Assembly: GCA_964270895.1 (NCBI GenBank)
Contig: OZ185436.1
DNA: 64,000 bases
Source: Podarcis filfolensis
Taxonomy: Eukaryota
Direction: 5' to 3' (one strand)
The translations under genes were made by a program, and so were the position numbers. The notes beneath the pieces are model-generated. The model was not told the origin of the DNA. It did no database searches and worked only from the letters and a program-made list of their open reading frames with translations. Shown in pieces: positions 38,698 to 52,317 of the stretch (position 1 is its first letter; each line of letters starts with the position of its first letter).

Positions 38698-38796
38698 GCT
38701 GGACGGTTTTCCACCAAACGTCTGAGAGAGTGACCTATAAATCTAGTAGCAAACCTCGTACCAGATTCCTCAGTGGACCTGTGTCTTTGTCCATCT
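38698..38796 (+). CDS. WNK2: WNK2 99-nt symmetric exon (GWTVFHQTSERVTYKSSSKPRTRFLSGPVSLSI-W)
   Basis: tttgcag| acceptor and weak T|gtttgt donor. Near-identical to human GWTVYHPTSERVTYKSSSKPRARFLSGPVSVSI. Confidence 0.95.
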
Positions 38797-41700
38797 GTTT
38801 GTATTTGTTCTTTTGTATTTTATCATAGCCCATCTTTCTTTTGTCCCCCTTTTTCCAAAACTCATTTTCATATATATATATCTAAAACGTTTGACCGGGT
38901 GTCCCCTTTTCCCCCTAGACACTCTCTTTGATTTCCTTCTTTAAAAGTTAATCATCATTGACACTATTTTTATTTATTTATTTATTATTTATTTATTTCA
39001 CGTGGAAAGCTTTTGTGCACTGCTTTTGGCTCATGCCTGGGTACCAAAAGCATGTGTGGAAGATCTCATAATTTATTCTATAGCCTTATGGCAAATCTTA
39101 CCCTGGACATATCTTTTATGTGATTTTACGTTTAAGTAACTTTTAATTTCCAATGTGGCAGTTATAAATGTCTGCTGTCCCAGTTCCAGCGATACCAAAA
39201 AGAAATCCAACGTTCTGTAGACGAATGGTCTCTTTCACACATGTTTGGACTATGAAGACATGCATGTAGCAAGCTGACACAATACTAGAAGGTCACTGAA
39301 GGGTATAACTTCTGCACAAGGGCTGTATTCAAACAATATACAGTACTGTTTATATCCACCCTTTTTATTACTGTTACTATTATTATTATTTTATTTGTTC
39401 TATCCCTTGCATGTGGAAATGCTGAGAAATGCTCCTGCTAGTTTTTTTTAAAACATCTTTTATGAGCAGTATTTCCTCCCCACACACACAATGTATACTT
39501 TGGGTTTCTTTAAGTGAATTTTGTTAAATGCAACTGTCGAGTTATTCTGCTACAAAGTGCAGTGTGGCTATTATTGTTAACTCACCTAGCTGGAGCACTT
39601 TACTCGGTTGAATTTTACTATGACCTTACGTGACCTCAGAGATGAAGTCAATAAGCAGTTCATCTAAGCACAGAATATTTTTTAAAAGAAAAATTAAAGT
39701 TCTAATGGCACTCTAGAATGTTTCGCTGATACAATGTCTGGGTTGATTTCAAATAGCCGTACAACTAAAAGCAAGTAGATGTTTCCTTAATTGTACGAGT
39801 ATACCAATTGGCAGTTCAACACAATGAATCAACTCTCACATATATTTAACTTTTTAAAAGCACGTATTAATTATAAGGCAAATAGATTTTTTTACTGTGC
39901 AGTCAAGATACATTGCACTGATAAGGTGATCTAGAACTTTGTTACATGTAGTGCCAAAAAACAGGGACAGCGTTTTGGTAACTAAACATCCAGTTAATTT
40001 AGTGTTCATTTCCATTTGTATCAAACTTTTACCATTGGAACTATGCATTTTTTATCATTATTGAGGTGGTGCAGATCAAAGGCACAAGACTACTCAAAAT
40101 GCATCCTCCTTGATTCCCAAATAATTATATTTTTTATTTTAAAACTTCATTATTATTTAATTATAAAGGGCTGGTGAGAACTGATACATATAGAGATCAG
40201 TGTATGAAGCAAGTCACCTTAAACTTTAACAGTACTTTCAAGATCTAGAACTAATGGATAATATCCAACTAAGTTATACACATAATATTTGATTTCAATG
40301 GGTCAGTTACAAGTATGATCAACATTGGATATTGCTCAGTGTTACTGAAATTTTCTGTATATAATTATTCTTGTTAACAATCTGGATGTGGTTGTAACTT
40401 TTTCTATAGTCACAAGTAGTCAGAATAGTTCCATTTGTCTTCTACACCTTTGCTGTACACAACCCATTCTAATTTTAAACATTAAATGTTCTTAGCATTT
40501 GGTTCCATGACAGTAATGACAAAGATAACACACAACTTACATTCTTAAACTAGTCATTTTAACTACTCACATGAGCCCTCAATTTTTTGGCATGTATTTA
40601 TTAGGTGATTTATTGGTGATGCAATTCTTTAGCAAAGCATTCTAAAGGGAAAACATCAATTAATTGAATATGCTATCAGATGTTATCATCTGGTTTGAAA
40701 ACAGAGAGTGGATGTGATCTGTTGGGTGAACTTTGCCATTTTTAATAAATCTTTTGCCCAAAGTTAGATGTTGTTAGACTGAATCTCACATATAATTTGA
40801 CACCATCCATTTCAAGCTATCTGGCTAGTGTAGCAAAAAACAACCTCGATTTTGATGCCCAGGACACACAAGAGGATAATGTGACCACCACAATATCTGA
40901 CACCTTTCAGTTGTCCAACACAATGAATCGGTTGCCTGATTTCTATTTCTGTTTTATTTATTTATTTTAGAGCTTTATACCTCATCAGTTCCCAGAGCAG
41001 TTAACAGAAGTTAAAACCGAAACAAAACAAAAGCATTAAAACGCCACTGCGTAAAAGCAGTTGACTTCATAGTCTAGACCCAAATGTTTCTCATTTTAGC
41101 TGGTCCTCACCTCCGTCTGCACGTGCATAAACACCGTCGAGCAAGCATCATATCAGATAATGAACTTCAACTTCCATTAAAATAAAAAGTAACTGTCTTG
41201 TCCCTCCCATTGTGGAGAAACACTTGGGCATGGTGGGCTAAGTCTTCTGAAGTTTCATAGCATTTTAGCCCCTTGTCCGGTGACAACTTTTCCATTCTCC
41301 TCATGCTTCTTTCCTTTGAGCAAGACTAGTGTGGCCACATTTCAGTTTTTTTTAAAAAAAAAAGCCTTACGTGCATCTGGAGCAAAAAAATAATTTTTTC
41401 CCCTATCTGAATTTTAATCTCCATAAAAAGAAAGTTCTCAGAAGTACAGAGTACTTTCCAGATTCCCCTCCCTACCGTGGGCTGAAGTGTTGCTTTTCTG
41501 TAGTGCAAACTCTTTCCTTGCATTTTGCTGGGATGATATATTGGTTGATACTTCAGCAATCATCAAAAAGGTTGACTTGTACTCTCCTCCTTGATTATAT
41601 ACATATCTGAAGGGCATGACAGAAACTCCATATACTGCCTTTTAGTGGGACTAAAGTGGTACCTTGAAATTGTGTCTAGAAAAATACCTAATTCTGATGG

Positions 41701-43484
41701 CAGTTTGCATAGCGATAGAATTTTATTTATTTCTTTTAAAAGATGACAGACATTTTTTAAAATGTGTATCTAATGTACCTTTCTATTTACATTGTAATTC
41801 AGTTAAGCTGATGCATGGCAAGAAGAATTCTTATCATGCAGTTGATGTGAATTTTGTTTCCTCTTGTCCTGGAAATAACATAACTTTGCATACAGTCACT
41901 GAGGGAAAATGGGAACATTCCCAAAGAAAGGGATGCCATAACAGTTAATATGAATGAAAAAAAATACTTTCAGTTTGTTTGATTAAAGATATCATCCTGT
42001 TGGTGCTGTTTGAAAGAGTTCTAGCCGAATCAAGCAGCTAATGTTACTTCCTAAAGAGAAAAGTGTTCCCCAACTCAAGAAAGTCATAGCTGGTCCAGCT
42101 CTGCCATGTTTATTTGGACAAAATATCTCTCTCACATCATAACTGAAAGTCCCTCTTCTTTACAGGGATGGGATGTGGAGGTGTGAGGGATACATCTGGT
42201 GTGGAAGTTCTATTCTTTACTTATTACACTTAAATTCAATATTGGTCATCATTCCTGAAGTAAAAATGCTATTGTTGGCTTTCATACCCAGGGCATTTCT
42301 TGTCCCATTTTACATGCGATATCAACAGATGTGGAGTAATCTAGCCTGGTTTTATTTTTTCAGGCACAAAACACAATTTCTGACTTGTGTACAGTAGCAT
42401 GTGGAGTCTGCTTGGAATACTTAATGACATTCAGCAAAATGCTAATTAAATGTTTCATATGGCTAAGAGAAATGTGCAGTAAGGGCCTCTCCCTGGTTTA
42501 CAGTAGCATGAGGCTGCAGGTAAAGCAGGTAGGACTGTTCGGCAAGGCATGCTTTTGTTTAGCATGTCATCCAAACCTGGGCTGGTGGTTTAGTTCTCTC
42601 CAGGCAAACCATGAACTGTAACCAAGGTTTGTCCTAGAGTTGTAGCTCATGATTTGTCTGGGAAAGTGAAACCTTGAGCCCTGGTTGGAACAACCCACCA
42701 AGCCAGACCATGGCTTAGTTCAATGCAGTCCAGCAGCAGAATGACTCAAACAACAACATGGCTTTGGTCTATCTGCTTAATATTGAGGTTTTTTTTAAAA
42801 AAAAAATAGTTTAAGGAATCTAGTAATTAAATAGATAGCAAATGATGCTCTTGTCAGAGTTCTCCCTTAGAAGTAACTATACTTAACATTTGGAAAATGA
42901 GCAGTACATCACTGAATGTATCATAGCATCTCACCAAGCTTTTGAAACTGATGAATTGGAATACCCTCAATAGATCTATTAGAATCCAGATGCATTTTGA
43001 ACATATTATAGAGATTAGAGGGCTCAGTATTTTGTATTTGGACACATAATTTGAATTGGATGGTCATCAGCTCTGCAGAACTTTGTGGTCTTGTAAAAAC
43101 AATATATAGCCAGCTTAGTTTTGCCTTTTTCTTAATATTTATTATTCATTGATTCATCAGATTAATATAGTTTTGAAGCACAATTAAAACAGGCACCAAC
43201 CATTTTTTAAAAATGTGCTTTTTAAAATTCACCTTCAGATTTATGCAGGTCCAAATAAAAACTGCATAGCATTTGTTCAGATAGCATCAAATTTCTGTAG
43301 GTTTTGAGCTGCCCAGTTATTTCTTCTTTTCACACCTGAACTGCTGACTTTCTGTCTGTTCCTTCTTGCATAATGGTTACTTTTTTGTTGTTTAAAAATG
43401 CAGAAGATTTTCCATCAGACCTTTTCTTTCCCCCCTTTTTAGTCTTGCCTAACTCTGTATGTCTTGTATCATTTTACCTTGTAG

Positions 43485-43529
43485 GGTCCACCCTGAAACG
43501 ACTATGTCTAGGCAAAGATCACAGTAGTA
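43485..43529 (+). CDS. WNK2: WNK2 45-nt symmetric microexon (W-STLKRLCLGKDHSS-R)
   Basis: ccttgtag| acceptor and |gtaact donor. Matches human WSALKRLCLGKEHSSR. Confidence 0.95.
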
Positions 43530-45210
43530 GTAACTATCCCTCTCTCTTTTGTTTTTTGGGTTTTTGTTATTTCTTTCTGAGCATGAGCTGCTTTATTTAA
43601 ATGTAATCTAGTCGTTTATTTAAACAACAGGCGTTGCATTCATGATCGTATTAAGTTAGGCTGCATCTGAATTAAGGGCAGGTATCCTTTTGGTAGCTTT
43701 GCATGCTGGTGATGCTTTGGGATGCCTGCATGCTGCAAGATGATCTTAATCTCAGTATGTACATGTGTGTATATGAGACAAAGCTGGGTAGTGTGCTCAT
43801 CTAATACGTCAATTAACACTGCTTCTTTACAATGCTGTTTTGCTGCTGGTTGGCTAATGCAACCTAACACTTCCTCACACCTATTGAGATGCTTGAAGTA
43901 CTGAATAGTTGCTGAGAGTCAATCCTTGAAAAAAGAACTTACCTTTTCATGGGTTCGTTTTTTCAAAAGAACCTAAGAATTCACAAAAGTTTGGAGCACA
44001 ATTATTTTTAAAGGAAGGTGCGAGTGTTCATTCGAACAAATCACTAATAGATTTACTTATAGCACACATCACAGTCTCCATGGCAGCAGAAATAAGATTA
44101 TAGCACATTGGCTCATCATAAATAATGTCATTTCAATACAGCTTTGAACTTTTTTGCTTCAAATTGGTATTTTTAGGAATTAGAATTCAAATATTTTTCA
44201 AAAAATTGAAAAAGCATTCATTTTAGATTCACCTACCAAAGAATATTAGAGACTGTTTCACTTTATGTTAGATATTGGTTTTATCATCTTGCTGTGAATA
44301 AATTAGTTCAACATTAGGTATCCGAGTTTCAGGATGTAAGTGATATAATTGTTTCCACAGCCAAGCTACATTACATTACTATATACTGGGTATATGTAGA
44401 CACCATGTTTCTAATCTTCCAAATCATGGTTTGATGAATCAGTAACATGACATCTGACTGTTACTATGTGTAATTTATTACCACTGCTGGTGCCTATAGG
44501 TATAGCACATTTATCTTTAAAGGTTTGTCATGTAAAATATTTAAACTGCTTTGTAAACTTGGAAAGAGAAATGGAAAGAGAAACATGGTAGTTTTGTGGA
44601 AGCAAGAAGGTTTGGATGGCAGCAGATATACTCTTTCCTTGAGTCATTTAGGGTTTCTGCAGACTCAGAATTATGTACATGAAGGATGGGATTTCACCAG
44701 CCTAGACTGGAAATAAAGAAAACTTGAATCCTTCTTATCAGCTTTTTTAGGAGGGTAATTGGGGTCCTGGACAGGAAATCTGTAAATCCCAAACCAATCA
44801 TGGTGTTGGTTATTAAAGTGGAGCCAATTATGATTGTGCAGAGCATGAGTAATATATCCCTGATATCTGTGTCATCTTTAGGTTATCCATATTTCCTTTT
44901 CTATTCTCCTCTCCTCTGTCAATTCCAGTGGATTTGCATAAAGACATAATCACCAATATTTAAATTTTTTTGGATGAAAAATTTGTTTACAGTGCCATTT
45001 CGAAAGCTGCACCTAACTGGTGAAATGCATATCATTTCTTAAACCATTTTTGAAGCAAAAAAAGTTCTTCAGGAGAAGCAGCTGGGTGAAAACCAGATAG
45101 TTGTGTGGTTGTAGAAATGTTGTGCGATGATGTAAACAAAAGCAAAAGTGGGAAGTCGTACGGCTTTGCTGATGCGTGCAGCTGATTCTTATCTTTCTGT
45201 GGCATCTTAG

Positions 45211-45470
45211 GATCCTCGACAAACAGCCTTGTAGCATATCCGGACCCTCTTCCACAAACAACGCTGCAAGTACAAGTACAAGCCAACAACAGCAACAACA
45301 AGAAAGGAACTTTCACAGATGATCTCCACAAACTGGTGGATCAATGGACAAGCAAAACCGTGGGAGCTGTGCAGGCGAAACCATCCTTAAATCAACTTAA
45401 GCAGAACCAAAAGCGGCAAGACATGGAGCCAAAGGCTAACCCCATGCAGACACAGAATGAGACGTGTGGA
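45211..45470 (+). CDS. WNK2: WNK2 coding exon (SSTNSL...[25 protein letters not shown]...ETCG)
   Basis: catcttag| acceptor and |gtaagt donor. Conserved [15 protein letters not shown] motif. Not in the ORF track. Confidence 0.96.
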
Positions 45471-45959
45471 GTAAGTGGCGCTCCTTGAAGAGCGTTACCT
45501 TTTACTTTGTGTCTGAAAGAGATTGCAGAGCTGGTGTTTGGAGGACCTAAGCTTAAGGAGCATATTCCATATAAATATCCATTTCACTTCATTAACTATT
45601 AAAAATAGCTTAAGAATTTTTATCTACTTGGACTTCATCTTGACACTGTTTGGTTCAGTATATAACTTTTTACAAATGGAGAATTGTGACAAAATGAAGA
45701 ATACGAATGGAGAATAGTTGATACACAGCAATACATTTACTGGTAATCAAATGTTGCTTTGTCTTAAAACAAATTTAAACAATGGTTGCTGAAGTTTTTT
45801 TTTTATTTAATTCCTTTTCCAACTGTGTCATTAATCTTCCAGTTGTTGGTTTGCTGGAATAGCTTGCTGGTAGCAGTTTGTAGGCTGTTCTTCTGCGAGA
45901 GACTGTGCCAGTACTTTTGCCTTTTAAAGGGGAGGACGGCAACTGGTACTGCGGTCTTA

Positions 45960-46095
45960 TGGAGGTCTATTCAGAAGTTAAGTCCCATTGAAAGCAGTCT
46001 CACAGCAAAATCCTAGGTATGTCTGCTCAGACATGAAACCCGATGAGTTCAATGGGACTTACTCCCAGGTAATTGGGCATAGGATTGTAGCTTTA
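45960..46095. repeat. Short palindromic squamate MITE-like repeat family (gcaatccta...ctactcagaagt.agtcccattga...taggattg); other copies near 36410, 50070, 52950 and 61668
   Basis: The same ~80-bp motif recurs in several introns. Confidence 0.55.
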
Positions 46096-46438
46096 GTGTT
46101 CTTTTTTACAGTTCATTGATAATACTTCGTAGAACCCTAATTTAATGATGCGAATGTGGTTTAAAGTGAAAGATGGACACATTGTCATCTCCTCACCACG
46201 CCACTTTCATCACTGCCACCCATTCCAACGCTACAACTGATTATTCCCAACCACCACGTTTCTAACTGCATGTTGTTGTTAAAAAGCCTAGTACTAAATC
46301 ATAACACCAGTGCTCCACTCCCCTATAGTGTACACACACACAGATACTGCAATCAAGGAATGTCCCAATTCACTTTTTTTAGGTAAATTTGGTGAATCCA
46401 CTCTATTTGAAGAGACTGGGGCAAGCCCTCTTCACAGA

Positions 46439-46440
<2 letters not shown>

Positions 46441-46498
<58 letters not shown>

Positions 46499-46504
46499 TG
46501 TGTG
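46441..46504. repeat. Compound (TC)n(TG)n microsatellite
   Basis: Directly visible. Confidence 0.98.
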
Positions 46505-47066
46505 ACTGTTTGTGCACACTCCAAGTCCCAAATAACACATTGGAACCGCTGAACTAGAGCACATATCATTAGAGGAGATGCATACAGTCCAGGAACTTAA
46601 TATGCTGTGTGTTGAATCCAGTGTGCCCTTCTGTTTGTGAAAGGGCTTTTGATCAAGCAGATGCTTCCACTGATAGAAGAGAAAGGGAGATTATTTTTTG
46701 CAAATACATTTCTCCCCTCTGTGGCTCCCTGCACCCACCAAAAATTATTCCAGAGGGTTGCAGGGACTGACAGAATGACATGGAAGTTACCAGGGGGCTA
46801 CAGACTGGGAAAGGAGGGGTGACACAGAGAATGAATCGATGAAAGGAGTTTTTCTATTCACAAAGGAATACAACCCTTATGGGACAGAGGCAGTACAGTA
46901 TCTGGCAAATGCAATTTACAAAACTGCAGGTGGCATGCGTAGGTTACATACATTTCTTGGCCTTCCCTGACAAATTGCTGCTGTTTAGAGCTGGAAATCT
47001 GTAACCGTAAAACATAGTGATGGGAAATACAAATACATACCTAAATCCAGCAGATGGAAATCAAAG

Positions 47067-47069
<3 letters not shown>

Positions 47070-47107
<38 letters not shown>
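47070..47107. repeat. (GT)n microsatellite; similar tracts at ~32839-32862, ~33454-33470, ~51849-51874 (CT) and ~62056-62090 (CA)
   Basis: Directly visible. Confidence 0.97.
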
Positions 47108-47108
<1 letters not shown>

Positions 47109-50100
47109 TCAGTGTCAGATTTATGCCAGAGTCAAAACTCAGAAGCCTGGCTCACACATCATTTTCCCGGAGAGGAGGCCACAGCCGATTTTCTCCTCCC
47201 TGATCCCTTTTGCTGCCACACTAAGCTGAGCCAAGTTCAGCTTAGTGTGTCATACGGGCCAAGGCACCAGGTGAAGCTGTACAAGCAGAGGGTTGGTGGA
47301 ACCCTTAGAGCAGATTTGGGGTTGGAGGACTGCCGGTGGCACACAGGAAAAGGAGAGGGAGAGGAAGTTTTGCTGCGCGAGCAGTTGTTGTTCTGTGTAC
47401 CCAACAGCTTAAGTGGGTAGAGCACCTAGCTTTTTCAGGAAGAGAGCTCGAACATGAATTTGGTTTTGAATGACATGTGAAGCCAAGCTTTGACTTCAAG
47501 TAGTGCAGCACAGCAGCAGGAGCAAAGCAGCTGTGAGCTACTCTGTGGTAAGACAGTGCACCCGTGCATGGTTTGGCTTAGCGTGATATGTGAACCCGGC
47601 CAGAAAGGTAACACGAGAAAACCAAGAAGCGAGAAGGGAATGAGTAAGAGGAAGAGCTATGTGCTCTTAACAGTTATTCAATATTGATGGAAAATACCAT
47701 CTTTTTTAAAAATAACAACATCATTAATGTTTGAGCTGGCATTCTCTAGTAGAGTTTTTTAAAAAATTAAATGCTTCATTTTAGCGGTAGCAGCTTTCCT
47801 ATGAAAATGACACTTTAAATTTGTTTTAAAAATTAACAGATCATATTGTTAAGGGAGAATAGCAAAAATAAAGGAACTTGGTATAAGGAGGCTGTCTTAG
47901 CAAGGTGGAAAGTTCTCACAATCTCAGGTCTTGTTTCTTAAGAGAGCTTTTGGCCTTGTTAGCTGCAAATGGTTACAAGCTGTGGTGTCTGTCTACAAGA
48001 ACACGCTTCCTATATACCTTTGGTAACTGAGATCCATTTGATTGCATGTTGGCACATATTTTCTCAAACACTTGCACAGCTTCCATTACTTGAGGAAATA
48101 GCATGTGATGTAATTATACTTGTGTTGCAGCACTAGAGCACCAAGACATGCTACAGGGTTAATCAAGGCAAGAAGCACGATGGAAATATAAAGCGGTCTT
48201 GAAGCAGTGAAGCCTCCTTGCCCAGCAACCTCTCTATATTTTTTCCTCTCCCCTTTCCAGTGATACAAATAAATGCAGAAAGTAGGCTTGCACTTCCCTA
48301 ATTGTCTGTCCAGTTGGGAACAGCAGTTGCAGTGGAGCAAACATACCAGGTTTGCTCAGCTGCGGCAGTCAGGGCTTTGATAAAGCTGGTGCTAAGCTTC
48401 TGCAAATAATGTGTTCATACTTTTGTATCCAGTCCTAAGAGAAGGAAAGGGCTGAGAAGCACTGCATTGGAAGAAGAATACGTAACTTCTTCTGCCATAT
48501 TTTGTACATTCTTACTATATACATTCGTACGTGATGGTTCTATGGGCAAGTCTCTACAGATAATGAGAGTTGCATGCATACTGTTTAAGTACAAATTTCC
48601 TATTTGTCCCTCTCTTTGCCCTGCTATACAGAGTACTCACCCTGTGATATTTTTTATTCAACCAATGGTACTGTTGCTTTTCAGCATCATCCTTTCTCTA
48701 AGACAAAACTTTGTATATTTTTTTTGGGGGGGGAGGGAGATGGTGGTTCTTCTTGGATCAGTTGCATAAAAGCTTATAAGAATTTGCTTGTCCTGTTTTA
48801 TTTGCTTATCAAAAGCACGATAGACAGTGCAATCCACATCACTACTTTTTCTTTCTTGGATAAAAAGGAACTTACTTCTCTTTACTTCTGTTGCAGTAAG
48901 AACTCCTACAATAAAGTACATCAAATAAATTTGGCAATGAAGCATGAATGGCCAGCACAGATTTGTTCATTTGTTTTCAAAGCCACTGATAGGCAAGGGT
49001 GGCCATGCTAGCTGTTAGTTTTTTAAAAACATCATGAAATGTGCATGGAATATAATTTTCAAACAGTAAGGGAGATAAGTAGTATGTATTGGTGGCAGCC
49101 CATCATATACGAGCTTTTCATTAATGCTACTGTAACCCGTGTTCAACAACTTCAGTGGATGCGAGAGCTACGGGCTAAAAATAGCATCTTGAGCTGTACT
49201 GCATATAGAATTCCTTGAACTGGAAGAAATTATCTTAACAGGAGGTTGTACAATACAATATGTGTTTTCTTTTGCGTGATAATAAATGTGTCAGACCAGG
49301 ACTCCAAAGGGATGAAGATGGGGTAGGGGGGGAAGCTGTGAGACGGGAAGAAAATGCTGAAGGAACCTTAAGAGTGCAGTTCTTATTTCAGTGGCTGGTA
49401 GGTGATATGTTAAACAAACTGGAAACAGCAGAATTTTACATCTGTTTGAGCTTGATGCTAGCTGGCAAGGAAGCAAGAATTCTTGTGTGGGTGAAGAATG
49501 GAGAATTAAAAATAGGAGGGGGTAAAGTCCTCAGTGTTTCGTATCTATTGCCTTGCCTTGGATAAGTTTGAGTAGCATTTGCAATTCATCATCATCTTCC
49601 CTAATATAGGAAAGAGAATATAGCAACCTGTCAAAAATACTAGAAGGAGTCCAGATAAAGAGGTCATGTAGAGCTGCTGAGGTTTAGTTCTGTTAAAACA
49701 AGGCTTGATCCCTGTTCACATATCACAACTGATGGTCCCTGGTGTGGCTGTACATCTTCATTTGTAATGAAAGACACATCCAGTCAACTCTATAGGGCCC
49801 ATGGGTATTGTGGACAGAAGTGTGCATGCAGGTACACATCTAAATCCACATTGCAAACATGCTAGGAAGTTGTCTTAGTGGTAGAGTCATGATTGAAATG
49901 GAGAAGAACTGGGAATTCAAGCTAAAAGGAATGGTTAGCATAGGCAGAGTTTTCTTGCTGGATTTGGACAATGGTAATTTAATCTAAGGCGATATTGGAC
50001 ATAATCCACAGGAAGATCAGTGTGCTTATGCTCCACTGATTTCAACAAGATTTGAGCAGACATGCAGCACAATTCCAGAAGTAAGTCGCTGTGATTTTAA

Positions 50101-51845
50101 TGGAAATTTACAAGTGAGTGTTCATAGGATTGCAGCCTTGACTTATACAGAACTCTACTAACTTGTAAGAAGGGGAAAGTGGTTTTTGAAAGAAACATGA
50201 AGAAAGAAAAGACGAATGTGCAAACAAGGAAAGACTTGAGTGTGATTCATATTAGCATTAAAAAAAATATGGAGACCTTAATAGGGAGAAACAATTTTCT
50301 TATTCTCTCTGGAAAGCAAAATCATGGCTGTGGTTGCCATGGAGTATGTTTGACAAAGGCCCAAAATGAACTTACACACTGTTTCATTATGAGAATATGG
50401 CAAGATGTTGATAGAAAGCTAAAATGTTCAATTACAAGCATCATTTTCCTTTGGGAATTTTGGAGCTTATTAAAAGAAATTAAAAGAGCTCAAATAAAAT
50501 GCATACCTTTAATTACAAAAGGCAGGGAGGGGAAGCACAAAAGGTGGTCAACATTATTGGATGTTGGAGGGGAAGCGAATGAAGAAAGCAAAACAGTAAA
50601 ACTGACAAAGCAAATGTAAAACTGAAATTTGAAGAGCAAATTGTTAAAAATTATAACAACTAACACTAAAAATCCCATTCAGCCTATGGACCAATTAGCA
50701 CATCACATTAGTCACATGTTTTGTCATTTGTGTGCAAGATTTTTCATTCAATAGCCAGCCTGGTGGACTTGATCAAGATTGTGAACTGGCCTTGCAGGTT
50801 AGGAGAACTTTAACCCTTTCTCGCTTGCTGTGGCCTTGACCTGTTCCAGGCCACCCACCACAACTATTGTTTGTTTTGAGGGGAGAAAGTGGTCACAATA
50901 TTAAAAAGCTCTCACAGTGCTGAAAGAGTTACTATCTAAACAGAAAGGTGTTGATTATTGTAACTGCCAGATTAATATATGCCAAATATCAGAAGAATCC
51001 ACAGATGCCCAAACGGTATGCAAAAATATGAGGGTATGGCTCTCTTATATAAATTAGTATGGATGCTGTGGGTTCAATTTGGGAGCATATAATGAAAATT
51101 GGTTTGAAAAGGCTTTGCGTTATATGGTAGTAAAATAGTTTCCACTGCTTCTATTGGTGAGGGAGCTGTGTGTATATGTGCCGGGAGGGTTGAGGTGCAT
51201 ACTGGGCTGGCTATTTGCAAATAAAATATCAATGCAAAAGGCAAACATGCAACCAACGTAATGTGTAGTTTGGCTCATCCAAAGATCTCCAAAAGGATGT
51301 ATTCAAGCTGGTTGACTGAACAGCAAAGTGACAGATGAGCAAAATGTATTGAGAGAAGAGAATCCTAAATAAGCTGCATCCACCCAGGGACTGGCCTTAG
51401 CAGAAACCTCATGAGTATACACAGTGCCATTTGGATTTTCTGGCTTTCAAAAAAGTTGAAGGTCTGAGCACATTATTGTTGTTTATAAAACTGCCAGTAA
51501 GTTGCCCACCCAAATGCAGCAAGCCTTTATGGAAACATGGTGATAAAGATGAGCCATAGCTGAGCAGCTGGCAAGTGCCAGCCCCAGCTTCTCTTTCGTA
51601 TTCCTAGCTGGCTTTCCTCCATCTTTCTAATTTTGCCTTTCCTCCTGTTAGGTACCCTGCCTCTTCTTCCTTGTCCCATCCCCATCCTCTCACTTCCTTG
51701 TCTTTTTCTGCTGCATCACCTGCTCCCCTTTAGTCAAGCCTCAGGCCTCTGCTGTCTTCCTCGTTCCTCTTTTTTTAGGCCCTCAAACAAGGCTTTGCCT
51801 CAGACCACCTAACTAGGCCAATACATTCCCCACATATTAGACTAT

Positions 51846-51884
<39 letters not shown>

Positions 51885-52075
51885 GTTGTTCAGGAATGCA
51901 TGTGAACTTCCATTATAAGGTAGCCTGTAAGTAGTACAAATAAATGAATGAAGGTTTGTGGTAGGTGGTTATAAAAAAAACCACCCCACTAGGAATCAAT
52001 GAATTTAAAAGTTGCACAACTGTAAATATTTTTACATACAAATTAGTAATTTATTTGAAATTAGTTTTCAAATAC

Positions 52076-52317
52076 CAGTGGTACCTCAGGTTACATACGC
52101 TTCAGGTTACATACGCTTCAGGTTACAGACTCTGCTAACCCAGAAATAGTGCTTCAGGTTAAGAACTTTGCTTCAGGATGAGAACAGAAATCGTGCTCTG
52201 GCGGCGCGGCGGCAGCAGGAGGCCCCATTAACTAAAGTGGTGCTTCAGGTTAAGAACAGTTTCAGGTTAAGTACGGACCTCCGGAACGAATTAAGTACTT
52301 AACCCGAGGTACCACTG
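52076..52317. mobile_element. Tc1/mariner MITE, copy 2, inverted relative to copy 1, with one extra 16-nt internal unit
   Basis: Same TIRs. The sequence is the reverse complement of 19113-19338, with ttcaggttacatacgc duplicated. Confidence 0.9.

Noticed and set aside
46310-47420. ORFs with SLSL, CVCV and ERER runs, and similar ORFs at 17432, 57813 and 61974
   Set aside because: Artefacts of microsatellites.
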